Below are positions 22,694 to 31,179 of a DNA stretch of 32,000 nt, one piece after another (within the stretch, counting starts at the first letter, position 1; each line of letters opens with the position of its first letter). The stretch lies in the NCBI RefSeq assembly GCF_005696695.1, contig NZ_CP040006.1, positions 570,001-602,000 on the forward strand, in the 5' to 3' direction. The notes under the pieces were generated by a model. That model saw nothing but the letters and a program-made list of their open reading frames with translations, did no database searches and was not told where the DNA came from. A program made the translations under genes and the position numbers. Source of the DNA: Schaalia odontolytica. Lineage in GTDB: Bacteria; Actinomycetota; Actinomycetes; Actinomycetales; Actinomycetaceae.

Positions 22694-22963
22694 ATGGCAA
22701 CTGTGAATTTTAGTGTGCGCATGGATGCAGATCTTAAGCGTGAGGTTGAAGCGATCTACGCGGAGCTTGGTATGAATCTGACGTCCGCTGTGAACGCTTT
22801 CCTCCGTCAGAGCGTGCGGGTGGGTGGAATGCCCTTCGATCTGCGTCTGAATGAGCAGCAGCGTGAGACTGTCTTGGCGATGTTGGAAGCGGAGCAGCTG
22901 GCCTCTGATCCAGGTGTTGAGGCCATGGATGTTGAAGACGCTCTGGCGGAGTTGAAGCGCTAA
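22694..22963 (+). CDS. dinJ: RelB/DinJ-family antitoxin
   Basis: MATVNFSVRMDADLKREVEAIYAELGMNLTSAVNAFLRQSV matches the DinJ ribbon-helix-helix pattern. TAATG overlap with the toxin gene. Confidence 0.9.
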   Translation: MATVNFSVRMDADLKREVEAIYAELGMNLTSAVNAFLRQSVRVGGMPFDLRLNEQQRETVLAMLEAEQLASDPGVEAMDVEDALAELKR

Positions 22964-23244
22964 TGACTCTGAAAGTCGTTTGGACAACGAAGTTTAAGCG
23001 CGACTACAAGCGTGTGATGAAGCGCGGGCTCGACATCAATCGTCTGGATCAAGTTATCCGAACGTTGGCAGCTGGCGAGGTACTCGCTATCTCGCACCGA
23101 GATCATGCTCTCGGGGGTGACTGGCGGGGGCATCGTGAGTGTCATGTTCAGCCTGATTGGCTGCTGATCTATTACGTGGATGGCGAGCGCCTGGTTTTGA
23201 CCCTCACGCGGACGGGAACCCACGCAGATCTGTTTGGCCTCTAA
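22963..23244 (+). CDS. yafQ: YafQ-family (RelE-fold) mRNA interferase toxin
   Basis: 93 aa: KFKRDYKRVMKRG, HALGGDWRGHRECHVQPDWLLIY, TRTGTHADLF. Confidence 0.9.
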   Translation: MTLKVVWTTKFKRDYKRVMKRGLDINRLDQVIRTLAAGEVLAISHRDHALGGDWRGHRECHVQPDWLLIYYVDGERLVLTLTRTGTHADLFGL

Positions 23245-23272
23245 GCACGGCGCTGCGTGGAATAATGGCCCA

Positions 23273-24322
23273 ATGACTTTTTCTGCCACGCTGCCGAACT
23301 TCTCTAGCGACTACCAGGAGGGCGCGCACGCCCGGGTGCTCGACGCCCTCGTCGCCACCAACATGGAACAGTCCGCCGGCTACGGCACCGATGAGCACTG
23401 CGAGCGTGCCCGCAACCTGATTCGCGAGGCCTGCCAGGCCCCCGACGCCGACGTGTACTTCCTGGTCGGCGGCACGCAGACGAACGCGACCGTCATCGAC
23501 GCGATCCTCCTGCCCTGGCAGGGCGTCATCGCCCCCAACACCGGTCACATCAACATGCACGAGGCCGGCATCGTCGAGCGCGGCGGCCACAAGATCCTCG
23601 ACACCCCCGCCGTCGAAGGCAAAATCAATGCCGCCGACGTCGAACGCATCTGCTCGGCGTGGGAGGGCGATGGCGCGCGTGACCACATGATCGCCCCCGC
23701 CCTCGTCTATATTTCGCAGCCCACCGAGTACGGCACCCTCTACTCCCTGCAGGAGCTTGAGGAGCTCTCAGCCGTGTGTCGCAAGCGCGACCTCAAGCTT
23801 TTCGTCGACGGTGCGCGCCTCGCATACGCGCTGGCCTCGCCCGCCAACGACGTGACGCTGGCCGACCTCGCGCGCCTGACCGACGTCTTCTACATCGGTG
23901 GCACCAAGTGCGGCTCCCTCTTCGGCGAGGCCGTGGTGATCCCCGAGCGCGGATCGATCCGCCAGTTCGTCACCCAGATGAAGCAGCACGGTGCGCTCCT
24001 GGCGAAGGGGCGCCTCCTGGGCGTGCAGTTCGAGGCGCTCTTCGAGGACGGCCTCTACCTGACGATCGGCGAGCCCGCCGTTCAGGCCACTGCGCGCATC
24101 CGCGAGGCCCTCAAGCGTGCCGGCTACGTCGTCACCATGGATTCGCCGACCAACCTGACCTTCGTGGCCCTCGACCAGGCCGGGCACGAGCGCCTCTCGG
24201 ACAAGGTGCGTTACAGCATCTGGGAGACCCTGCCCGATGGTCGCTACCTCGCGCGCATCGGCACCTCCTGGGCCACTCCCGAGGAGGACGTGATGGCCTT
24301 CGAGCAAGCCCTGGCCCGGTAG
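23273..24322 (+). CDS. PLP-dependent threonine-aldolase / beta-eliminating-lyase family protein
   Basis: YGTDEHCERARNLI, LVGGTQTNATV, FVDGARL, PLP-lysine context FYIGGTKCG. Start at ATG 23273; the track start 23234 overlaps yafQ. Confidence 0.75.
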   Translation: MTFSATLPNFSSDYQEGAHARVLDALVATNMEQSAGYGTDEHCERARNLIREACQAPDADVYFLVGGTQTNATVIDAILLPWQGVIAPNTGHINMHEAGIVERGGHKILDTPAVEGKINAADVERICSAWEGDGARDHMIAPALVYISQPTEYGTLYSLQELEELSAVCRKRDLKLFVDGARLAYALASPANDVTLADLARLTDVFYIGGTKCGSLFGEAVVIPERGSIRQFVTQMKQHGALLAKGRLLGVQFEALFEDGLYLTIGEPAVQATARIREALKRAGYVVTMDSPTNLTFVALDQAGHERLSDKVRYSIWETLPDGRYLARIGTSWATPEEDVMAFEQALAR

Positions 24323-24324
24323 CT

Positions 24325-24341
24325 CGGACGGCAGCCGTCCG
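24325..24341 (+). terminator. Short hairpin after the aldolase-family gene
   Basis: CGGACGG - CAG - CCGTCCG, 7-bp stem, 3 nt after the stop. Confidence 0.35.
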
Positions 24342-24391
24342 GTGGGCGGGCTGGGTGGAACGGGGGAGTGAAGCCGGGTTAGCCTGGGCGC

Positions 24392-25114
24392 ATGACACTC
24401 AACGTTGAGACGAACGACTTTTCGGCCCTGACCGCCTCGCGCCGCTCCACGCGCGCCTTTACAGACCAGGAGATTCCCGCCGAGGTCCTCGAGGCGATCC
24501 TCGCCGACGCGACGACCGCGCCGTCCTGGTCCAACACGCGCGCCTTCCGCGTCGCCCTGGCCACGGGCGAGCGTGCCCAGCGCCTGCGCGAACACTACGG
24601 GCGTCTCTTCGACGAGGAGATCGCAGCCCACGCCCGCAAGGCCGAGGACCCGACCGTGGAGATCCCCGTGCCTGACGGTGACTTCCCGGTGCGCAAGCGC
24701 TACCCGGACGAGGTGCGCCCCGCCCAGATCGAGGTCGCGAAGCTCCTCTACGGCATCCACGGCATCGAGCGCGCCGACATCGAGGGGCGCAACCGCGTGA
24801 ACCGCCGCAACGTCACGGCATTCGACGCGCCCGTCATGGGCTTCGTCTTCGTTCATCAGGACATGCTCCCGTGGAGCGCCTTGGACGCTGGCCTCATGCT
24901 CCAGACCCTGTTCCTGTCCGCCAAGTCGCGTGGCATCGACTCCTGCCCGGTCGGCATCCTCGCCACCTGGCGCGAGCCCGTCGAAACCGAATTTGAGATC
25001 CCCGAGGGGTACCGGTTCATCACCGGTTTTGCGCTCGGTTACGCGGATCCCGAGGCCCCGATCAACGCGATGCAGGCGCCGCGCCCGCCGATCCAGCTTC
25101 TCGAAGGCAAGTAA
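24392..25114 (+). CDS. Nitroreductase-family flavoprotein
   Basis: RRSTRAFTDQEIPAEVLEAILADATTAPSWSNTRAFRV is a typical nitroreductase N-terminal pattern. 240 aa. Confidence 0.85.
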   Translation: MTLNVETNDFSALTASRRSTRAFTDQEIPAEVLEAILADATTAPSWSNTRAFRVALATGERAQRLREHYGRLFDEEIAAHARKAEDPTVEIPVPDGDFPVRKRYPDEVRPAQIEVAKLLYGIHGIERADIEGRNRVNRRNVTAFDAPVMGFVFVHQDMLPWSALDAGLMLQTLFLSAKSRGIDSCPVGILATWREPVETEFEIPEGYRFITGFALGYADPEAPINAMQAPRPPIQLLEGK

Positions 25115-25116
25115 CG

Positions 25117-25374
25117 CTACGAGCGGTAGACCTCGCGGCGGTGTGCGACGCGCACGACCGTCACGACCAGGATGTCGTCCTCGATTGAGTAGATGATCCG
25201 GTAGTCGCCGACGCGGATGCGCCACGCGTTCTCCGAGCTCGCGAGCTTCTTGACTCCGTCGGGGTGAGGAGAAGTGGCGAGCGATTCGATGGCATCCAGC
25301 AAGCGGGCGCGCACCGGTCGATCCAGCTTGCGTACCTGTCGCGCCGCCGCTGAGGTGAATTCGACGCGGTACAT
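25117..25374 (-). CDS. relE: RelE/ParE-family toxin
   Basis: 85 aa: AWRIRVGDYRIIYSIEDDILVVTVVRVAHRREVYR. Lies 2 nt downstream of the antitoxin gene. Confidence 0.9.
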   Translation of the reverse strand: MYRVEFTSAAARQVRKLDRPVRARLLDAIESLATSPHPDGVKKLASSENAWRIRVGDYRIIYSIEDDILVVTVVRVAHRREVYRS

Positions 25375-25376
25375 CG

Positions 25377-25640
25377 CTAGTCGTTGAGCTCAGCGCGCAG
25401 GTCGTCCAGGCTGACGCGCTGCCCGTCGTCGTTGCGTACCGCCTCGCGGAAGGCTGCGAGATCGCGTGCATCCTCGAGTTCTTCCAAGGCCAACAGGTCA
25501 TCGACGCCGATCACGATTGCCGCGAGGCGGCCGTTCTTCGTCACTCCGATACGCTCGCCGCCGTAGGAGGCTCGTCCGAGGACGTCGGAGAGGTTTGCGC
25601 GCAGCTCGCGAGTGGAGAGCGTCGTAGCGAGTGTGTTCAT
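25377..25640 (-). CDS. Phd/YefM-family antitoxin
   Basis: LSTRELRANLSDVLGRASYGGERIGVTKNGRLAAIVIGVDD, followed by an acidic C-terminal tail. Confidence 0.88.
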   Translation of the reverse strand: MNTLATTLSTRELRANLSDVLGRASYGGERIGVTKNGRLAAIVIGVDDLLALEELEDARDLAAFREAVRNDDGQRVSLDDLRAELND

Positions 25641-25651
25641 AGTGGCATTTT

Positions 25652-25666
25652 AGTACATTGTGTACA
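25652..25666 (-). promoter_or_regulatory. Operator candidate of the phd/yefM-relE module
   Basis: GTACA-TTG-TGTAC palindrome (25653-25665), containing TGTACA (25661-25666) and AGTACA (25652-25657), 13-26 nt upstream of the antitoxin ATG. TGTACA cores are characteristic of YefM-type operators, from memory. Confidence 0.45.
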
Positions 25667-25748
25667 CATCTGCGCCTCTGTTACTCATCGTGAGCGTGAA
25701 CAATTTCCCACGGACATACCTGACACCCGGGTGAGCGTCTACCGTGGA

Positions 25749-25766
25749 ACGAGGCCACGGCCTCGT
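25749..25766 (+). repeat. Short GC hairpin in the leader of the ykvI-like gene
   Basis: ACGAGGCC-AC-GGCCTCGT, the same GAGGCC/GGCCTC core as the terminator family, 27 nt upstream of ATG 25793. Confidence 0.3.
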
Positions 25767-25792
25767 GAAACGTTCGCAATCGGAAGGACCCT

Positions 25793-27115
25793 ATGTCCAA
25801 GAAGTACCTCTCTGTCGCCTTCGCCTACGTGGGAGTCATTATCGGCGCGGGCCTGGCGAGTGGCCAGGACCTGCTCCAGTACTTCCTCTCCTTTGGCGCG
25901 AAGGGCCTGATCGGCATCGCGGTCTTGGGCGTCCTCAACGTCGTCTTCGGCGTGGTCGCGCTCCAGCTCGGCTCCTACTACCGGTCCGGCCACCACGACG
26001 AGGTCTTCGAGCGCATCACCCACCCGGCGCTGCGCCGCGTCATCGACGTCGTGCTCGTCTTCTCGGGCTTCGCGATGGGATTCGTGATGCTCGCGGGCGC
26101 GGGAGCGAACCTCGAGCAGCAGTTCGGTCTGCCCGCGTGGGCGGGGAGTGCCCTGTGCGCGGTTCTGGTCGTTCTCACGGCCTTCCTGGATTTCGACCGG
26201 ATCATGAAGGTGATCGGCGTCTTCACGCCTATGATCATCGTTGCGATCACGATCCTCACCATCTACTCGCTGGCCACACCGCACCCGGGCGTCGCGGAGC
26301 TCAACGCCGCCGCCACCCAGGTCACCCCGGCACTGCCCAACCTGTGGCTCTCCACGATCAACTACTTCGCGCTGTGCGTCGTCAACGGCATCGCGATGGC
26401 CTTCGTGCTCGGCGGTTCGGTGCTGCGCATCGGCGAGGCCCGCCGCGCCGGGCGCATCGGCGGCACCATCATCGCCCTCGTCATCGGCGCGGACGCCCTG
26501 TGCCTGTACCTGAACGTGGATCGCATCTGGGACGTGAACGTCCCCGCCCTCGAGATCGCGCGCTCGATCCACCCGGCCTTTGCCTTCGTCTACACGCTCA
26601 TCATTTTCGCGCTCATCTACAACACGGTCTTTTCTCTGTTCTACTCGACGGCGCGCCGCTTCTCGGGCGGGCAGACCACCCGCATGCGCATCGTCCTCGT
26701 CGGCGTGGTCGCCGTGGGCTATGCGGCCTCACTCATGGGCTTCAAGAAGCTGATCGGCGGCATGTATCCGATCATCGGGTGGCTGGGCGTCGCCCTCCTC
26801 GTCGTCCTCGCGGTTGGGTGGCTGCGCGAGCGCTCCGCCGTCCTGCGCGAGGAGAACCTGCGTCGCAAGCTCATTCGCGTCCTCGTGCGCAAGCACGCCG
26901 ACGACCTGGAGTACACGGACGAGCACCGTGCTCAGGCGCGAACCCTTGCCCAGGCCTCGGTCGTTGATGGCACCGAGCTGCGCCGCGAAGCTGACTCGAT
27001 CGCCGAGCAGATCGCCGACACCCAGGACGACGCCGCCGCCTACGCGCGCGAGGCTCTGCCCGTCGATGAGGCCCTGGTCGAGCAGGCGATCGAGGCCGAC
27101 CGGGCGAACGACTGA
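25793..27115 (+). CDS. YkvI-family transporter-like membrane protein with charged C-terminal extension
   Basis: N-terminus FAYVGVIIGAGLASGQDLLQYF resembles the YkvI-family signature. About 11 TM helices, then an ~90-aa soluble acidic tail. Confidence 0.7.
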   Translation: MSKKYLSVAFAYVGVIIGAGLASGQDLLQYFLSFGAKGLIGIAVLGVLNVVFGVVALQLGSYYRSGHHDEVFERITHPALRRVIDVVLVFSGFAMGFVMLAGAGANLEQQFGLPAWAGSALCAVLVVLTAFLDFDRIMKVIGVFTPMIIVAITILTIYSLATPHPGVAELNAAATQVTPALPNLWLSTINYFALCVVNGIAMAFVLGGSVLRIGEARRAGRIGGTIIALVIGADALCLYLNVDRIWDVNVPALEIARSIHPAFAFVYTLIIFALIYNTVFSLFYSTARRFSGGQTTRMRIVLVGVVAVGYAASLMGFKKLIGGMYPIIGWLGVALLVVLAVGWLRERSAVLREENLRRKLIRVLVRKHADDLEYTDEHRAQARTLAQASVVDGTELRREADSIAEQIADTQDDAAAYAREALPVDEALVEQAIEADRAND

Positions 27116-27116
27116 G

Positions 27117-27722
27117 TCAGCTCACCGGCGAGGCCGTGGCCGCCTCGTGCGCAAGCAGCCAGGCTTTCGCCTCCGCTCCGGCCGCGTAGCCGCCCGGGCC
27201 GGTGGCCGCCACGACCCTGTGGCAGGGGCGGATGAGCAGCAAGGGATTACGCCCCACCGCTCCGCCGATCGCCTGGGCCGACGCGGGCACACCTGCGTCC
27301 CGCAGCGTGGCCGTGAGGTGCCCGTACGTGCGCGTCGCGCCGTAGGGGATAGCGTCCATTGCCTCCCACACGTGTCTCTGGAAGTCCGTGCCCTCGGGCG
27401 CGAGGGGAATGGTGGCGGGGGAGGGGGCCTCGCCCGCGAAGTATCCGTCGAGCCAGGACATCGCCGCGCCCAGAGCCCGCGCGTCCGCCTCGCCCCACCC
27501 GGCCCTGGCGCGGACGCTGTCCCGAGAAACGGACGAGGTCAGGTCGAGCGCGGAGCGCGCCGAGGCCTCGCCGATGCCGATGGGGCAGCCGAAGAAACGC
27601 TGCCCGACCACCCACAAGCCGACGAGCGAACCGCCCCGCGCGGCCAGCGTGAGGCTGCCGATGGGGGAGTCGTAGGTGGCGAGCGCCGGATCAGAACTGC
27701 TCGGGGTGCTCTCGGTAGGCAT
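27117..27722 (-). CDS. ogt: Methylated-DNA--protein-cysteine methyltransferase
   Basis: Active-site PCHRVV, plus FQRHVWEAMDAIPYGATRTYG and IGGAVGRNPL. The ATG 27722 start overlaps the upstream gene by 32 nt. Confidence 0.88.
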   Translation of the reverse strand: MPTESTPSSSDPALATYDSPIGSLTLAARGGSLVGLWVVGQRFFGCPIGIGEASARSALDLTSSVSRDSVRARAGWGEADARALGAAMSWLDGYFAGEAPSPATIPLAPEGTDFQRHVWEAMDAIPYGATRTYGHLTATLRDAGVPASAQAIGGAVGRNPLLLIRPCHRVVAATGPGGYAAGAEAKAWLLAHEAATASPVS

Positions 27723-28284
27723 ACGCCCACACTGTCACGGCGACAGTCACAGCGCGAGTCCAGGCATCACGGACGGCGCTCAGTTCGTCACCCTCGAAGC
27801 CCTCCGCGAGGAGACGGTGACCGACCTCCACAGTCGGCGCGATGAAGGCGAGCACGTAGCGCAGTGGCACGAATGGCGTCGAGTCCGCCCCATCCGCCGC
27901 GTTCTTCGCTGCGGACATGTGCCGTGCGCCGATCAGGTACTGGTAGTCCAACCACGCCTGGTCACGCTCGCGCGTGCACATGTCGATGATCCACTGGGCG
28001 AAGCGCGGCTTTGACGCCTGCGCGTACTCGGGGTTCGGCTGCCCGTCCGGGTGCGCGGAATGTGCTGCCAGATACGTCTTCTGAGCCAGAATTCCGCGCC
28101 ACGTGTCGACCATTTCCATAGCGTGTGGCGCCAGGATGGGTTCTGCTCGTGAGAGCAGCTCTGCGTCACCGGGCTGGACGTGTGCGGCGGCCTCAATCTG
28201 GCGTAGATCCTCGAGTGTGAGCGGGGATGTGGGGACGGCATCGGTGCCGTAGGTGTACCCCGACGAGTGGTCGTAAGCGGTCAT
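27691..28284 (-). CDS. Single-domain protoglobin (haem-binding globin)
   Basis: Matches my memory of Methanosarcina protoglobin: GYTYG, SPLTLEDLR, DQAWLDYQYLIGARH (proximal His), RYVLAFIAP, VWAYAY. ATG 28284 lies 5 nt after AAGGAGG; the track start 28350 is an upstream extension. Confidence 0.85.
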   Translation of the reverse strand: MTAYDHSSGYTYGTDAVPTSPLTLEDLRQIEAAAHVQPGDAELLSRAEPILAPHAMEMVDTWRGILAQKTYLAAHSAHPDGQPNPEYAQASKPRFAQWIIDMCTRERDQAWLDYQYLIGARHMSAAKNAADGADSTPFVPLRYVLAFIAPTVEVGHRLLAEGFEGDELSAVRDAWTRAVTVAVTVWAYAYREHPEQF

Positions 28285-28460
28285 GAGAACCTCCTTGAAC
28301 CGATGCGTCGATTGTAGCACGTGCTCTGATCGTGTGGGTCTGTTTGACATTCGGGGATGGTGTCGAGGCCATGCGGTCGGGGCGTGGTACGCCGCGCGAG
28401 TTCGCGGCGCCGGTAGCCGACGTGGTGAGATGGCGACGACGCCGGTGGGGTTGCTCGCAA

Positions 28461-28473
28461 TACAATTGACCTA
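28461..28473 (+). promoter_or_regulatory. Possible -10 element for a leaderless antiporter mRNA
   Basis: TACAAT (28461-28466) ends 6 nt before ATG 28473, and no Shine-Dalgarno lies in between. No convincing -35 element. Confidence 0.3.
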
Positions 28474-30374
28474 TGGAACCCCTTCTTATCGCCCTGGCCG
28501 GAATGCTCATCATCGTGGCATGCCAATTCGTCGCGCCCAAGGTGGGCGTGGCGTCGCCGCTGATTCTGCTGGTTATCGGCCTGGCGATTGGCTTCTTGCC
28601 GCAGGTGGGCGCCATCGAGATTGAGCCGAACATCATCCTCGAGATGGTGCTGCCACCCCTGCTGTTCTCGGCGGCCGTGCGTATGCCGACCATGGACTTC
28701 CGGCGCGAGATGCAGGCCGTCGCGATGCTCGCGATTCCCCTCGTGTTCCTGTCCGCCTTCGCGGTCGGATTCGTTATCAACTGGCTCGTTCCCGCGATCT
28801 CCCTGCCCTGGGGTGTCGCGCTGGGCGCGGTCCTGTCGCCGACGGACGCGGTCGCCATCTCGATCGCGAAACGCTCGGGTGTCTCCCACCGCATCATCAC
28901 GGTCCTCGAAGGCGAGGGGCTCTTTAACGACGCGACCTCGCTGGTCATGCTCTCCGCAGCGATGAGCGCCGGCCTGGCCGCCGACGAACACGCCCTCCAC
29001 CCGGGCCCGCTCATCGGTAAGGTCGCCATCGCCCTCGGCATCGCTGCGGGTATTGGCTGGGTCGTCGGCGAGGTCGGCGTGCGTCTGCGCGCCCTCATCA
29101 AGGATCCCTCGGCCGACACGGTTTTCTCCTTCGCGATGCCCTTCATCGCATCGGTCCCCGCCGAGCACCTGGGAGGGTCCGGCCTCGTTGCGGCCGTCGT
29201 CGCCGGACTGGTCGTCTCGAGCCGACGCGCGGCCGTTATCTCCGCGGCGAACAGGCGTTTCTCCCAGCAGAACTGGCAGACCATGACGCTCGTCTTGGAG
29301 AGCGGGATCTTCCTGACGATGGGCCTGCAGGCCTTCGGCATTGTCGAGGAGACCGCCGCGTTCTCCGGCGGCTTGGCCTTCGCCGCGTTCCTCGCCGTCA
29401 TCCTCGGCGCGCTCATCATGGTGATGCGAGCCATCTTCATCGCCATCATGCTTGCCTGGCTGGACCACCGCCGTACCCACCGTCAACGCCGCTACGAAGT
29501 TGAGAACTCGCGAATCGCGCGCTTCGAGAAACGCATGAACAAGGCCTGCGAAGTCGACGCCGACATGCTCGAGGCCCGCGACCTGAGTCCCGAACACTGG
29601 GAAGACGCGCTTAACCACTATCGTCGCCGTCTCAAGCGGCGCGCGCGCCGCAACGCGATGCGCGGATCGGACCTGGACTACTTCGCGAATGAGCCGCTGG
29701 GGCCGCGCGAGGGCAGCGTCATCGTGTGGGCGGGCATGCGAGGTGCGATCACCCTGGCCGCCGCGCAAACTATCTCGACGCATGCGCCGATGCGCGCGCT
29801 GCTGCTCACGATCGCCCTGTTCATCGCGGCGGGTGCCCTCGTCATCCAGGGCCTGACCCTGCCCGGACTCATTCGCATCGTCAAGCCCCAGATGGCCACG
29901 GGCGATATCTCCGAGGAGGAGCGCGCCAAGCTCCTGAAGGTGATGGGCTCCGCGCTGGTGGACACCGCCCTCGCCCAGGCGATCCACGAGGTCGACGGCC
30001 AGACCCTGCTGTCGGCCGGCGTCTCGCGCACACTCTCCCGGCTGGGGCATGCACTTACTGACGAGGGCATGGGTGAGCAAGTGCGGACGGCGCACGCTGC
30101 AGACCGCGTCCTCACGGACATCCTCCAGGATGCCGCCGGCGACAGCGACGACGATGGCCACGGCACCGTCGACATGAGCGAGGAGGAGGTTGAGCGTTCC
30201 TTCACGCGCGACCAGATCCGTGAACTGGCGCTGGAGGCCATTCACGCCCAGCGCGACGCCCTCCTGCAGGCCCGCGACGAAGGCATCTTCTCCTCGGCCG
30301 CCCTGGAAGGCGCGCTCGCGCGACTCGACAACGAGGAAATCCTCCTGGTCTCGAGCAGCGGCGTCGGCCACTGA
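28473..30374 (+). CDS. CPA1-family Na+/H+ antiporter with C-terminal cytoplasmic domain
   Basis: LPPLLFSAA, GAVLSPTDAVA, LEGEGLFNDATSLV, WAGMRGAITLAAA. 633 aa. Confidence 0.88.
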   Translation: MEPLLIALAGMLIIVACQFVAPKVGVASPLILLVIGLAIGFLPQVGAIEIEPNIILEMVLPPLLFSAAVRMPTMDFRREMQAVAMLAIPLVFLSAFAVGFVINWLVPAISLPWGVALGAVLSPTDAVAISIAKRSGVSHRIITVLEGEGLFNDATSLVMLSAAMSAGLAADEHALHPGPLIGKVAIALGIAAGIGWVVGEVGVRLRALIKDPSADTVFSFAMPFIASVPAEHLGGSGLVAAVVAGLVVSSRRAAVISAANRRFSQQNWQTMTLVLESGIFLTMGLQAFGIVEETAAFSGGLAFAAFLAVILGALIMVMRAIFIAIMLAWLDHRRTHRQRRYEVENSRIARFEKRMNKACEVDADMLEARDLSPEHWEDALNHYRRRLKRRARRNAMRGSDLDYFANEPLGPREGSVIVWAGMRGAITLAAAQTISTHAPMRALLLTIALFIAAGALVIQGLTLPGLIRIVKPQMATGDISEEERAKLLKVMGSALVDTALAQAIHEVDGQTLLSAGVSRTLSRLGHALTDEGMGEQVRTAHAADRVLTDILQDAAGDSDDDGHGTVDMSEEEVERSFTRDQIRELALEAIHAQRDALLQARDEGIFSSAALEGALARLDNEEILLVSSSGVGH

Positions 30375-30388
30375 CCCCGGGGAGGGCG

Positions 30389-30961
30389 TTAAACCGTCGT
30401 CACCCGCGACGCGTACGCCGGGTCGTCGGTCACCGAATTGAGCGCCTCCTCCAGGCGCTGTGGGCTCACGATCCCGTCGCGCGCCAGGACCCGGTAGGTC
30501 TGGTCGGCCTCGTGCGTGAGCATGTTCGTCACCGTAAAACCGTTGCGCTCGTAGAACTTCAGGCGACGCACGCGCTGCTGGTAGTTCCCGGCCTCGCGCA
30601 CGACCGGCTCGATCTCGAGCAGCTGCGGCACGTCGCCGTAGCGCTCGCGGAAGTGGGTGAGGATGCGCGAGCCGTAGCCCGCGCTGCGCGTGCGCCCGTC
30701 CACCGCGAGGAAACCCAGGTAGAACAGGTCGGGGAAGGCGAAGGAGAAGGTCAGGGCGACCACGTTGCCAGCCCCGTCCTCGCCCGCGGGCAGGGACGGA
30801 TCGATCCACGCGAGGAAGGAGACCTGGTCCAACTGCGCGCTGTTCAACAACTCAGGGAGGGGGATCTGCTCCTCGGGCGGGAAGGAACGCTCGTAGATTT
30901 CCTTGACTTTGTCAGTAATCGGCCCTTCGTTGGGCACGGGAATCTGGGTGAGGTCGGTCAT
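30389..30961 (-). CDS. GNAT-family N-acetyltransferase
   Basis: FLAVDGRTRSAGYGSRILTHF...RRLKFYERNGF. 190 aa. Confidence 0.8.
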   Translation of the reverse strand: MTDLTQIPVPNEGPITDKVKEIYERSFPPEEQIPLPELLNSAQLDQVSFLAWIDPSLPAGEDGAGNVVALTFSFAFPDLFYLGFLAVDGRTRSAGYGSRILTHFRERYGDVPQLLEIEPVVREAGNYQQRVRRLKFYERNGFTVTNMLTHEADQTYRVLARDGIVSPQRLEEALNSVTDDPAYASRVTTV

Positions 30962-31065
30962 GGGATCAGTCTAGCCGCTCGGTTGTCCGCGCCCCTAGAG
31001 GCTGTTCGATGAACGAGGCCCGGGCTGGGTTTTGGGGCCCGCGATGTGACGCGGGAGATACGACT

Positions 31066-31109
31066 TCAGGGGCTTGTCAGGGGACGATCAGGGGTCAGTC
31101 AGTGAACAC
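31066..31109 (+). promoter_or_regulatory. Four direct repeats phased at exactly 11 bp upstream of the ABC gene
   Basis: Units are TCAGGGGCTTG, TCAGGGGACGA, TCAGGGGTCAG and TCAGTGAACAC, starting at 31066, 31077, 31088 and 31099, 70-115 nt upstream of GTG 31180. Confidence 0.5.
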
Positions 31110-31179
31110 CGGCGGTCTTGGGCGATGGTCGCTCGCCTAGACTTGTATGCGGATTCAACAGCAGATGTGAGGATGAAGC

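Noticed and set aside
21301-24360. 12-mer CGGGCTGGGTGG upstream of arfB (21301-21312) and of the nitroreductase gene (near 24350), with a similar CGGGCTGGGT at 31021-31030, as a possible shared promoter element.
   Set aside because: Length and composition make chance recurrence likely. Its spacing to the start codons differs (15, about 33 and about 150 nt), and no consistent -10 element follows.
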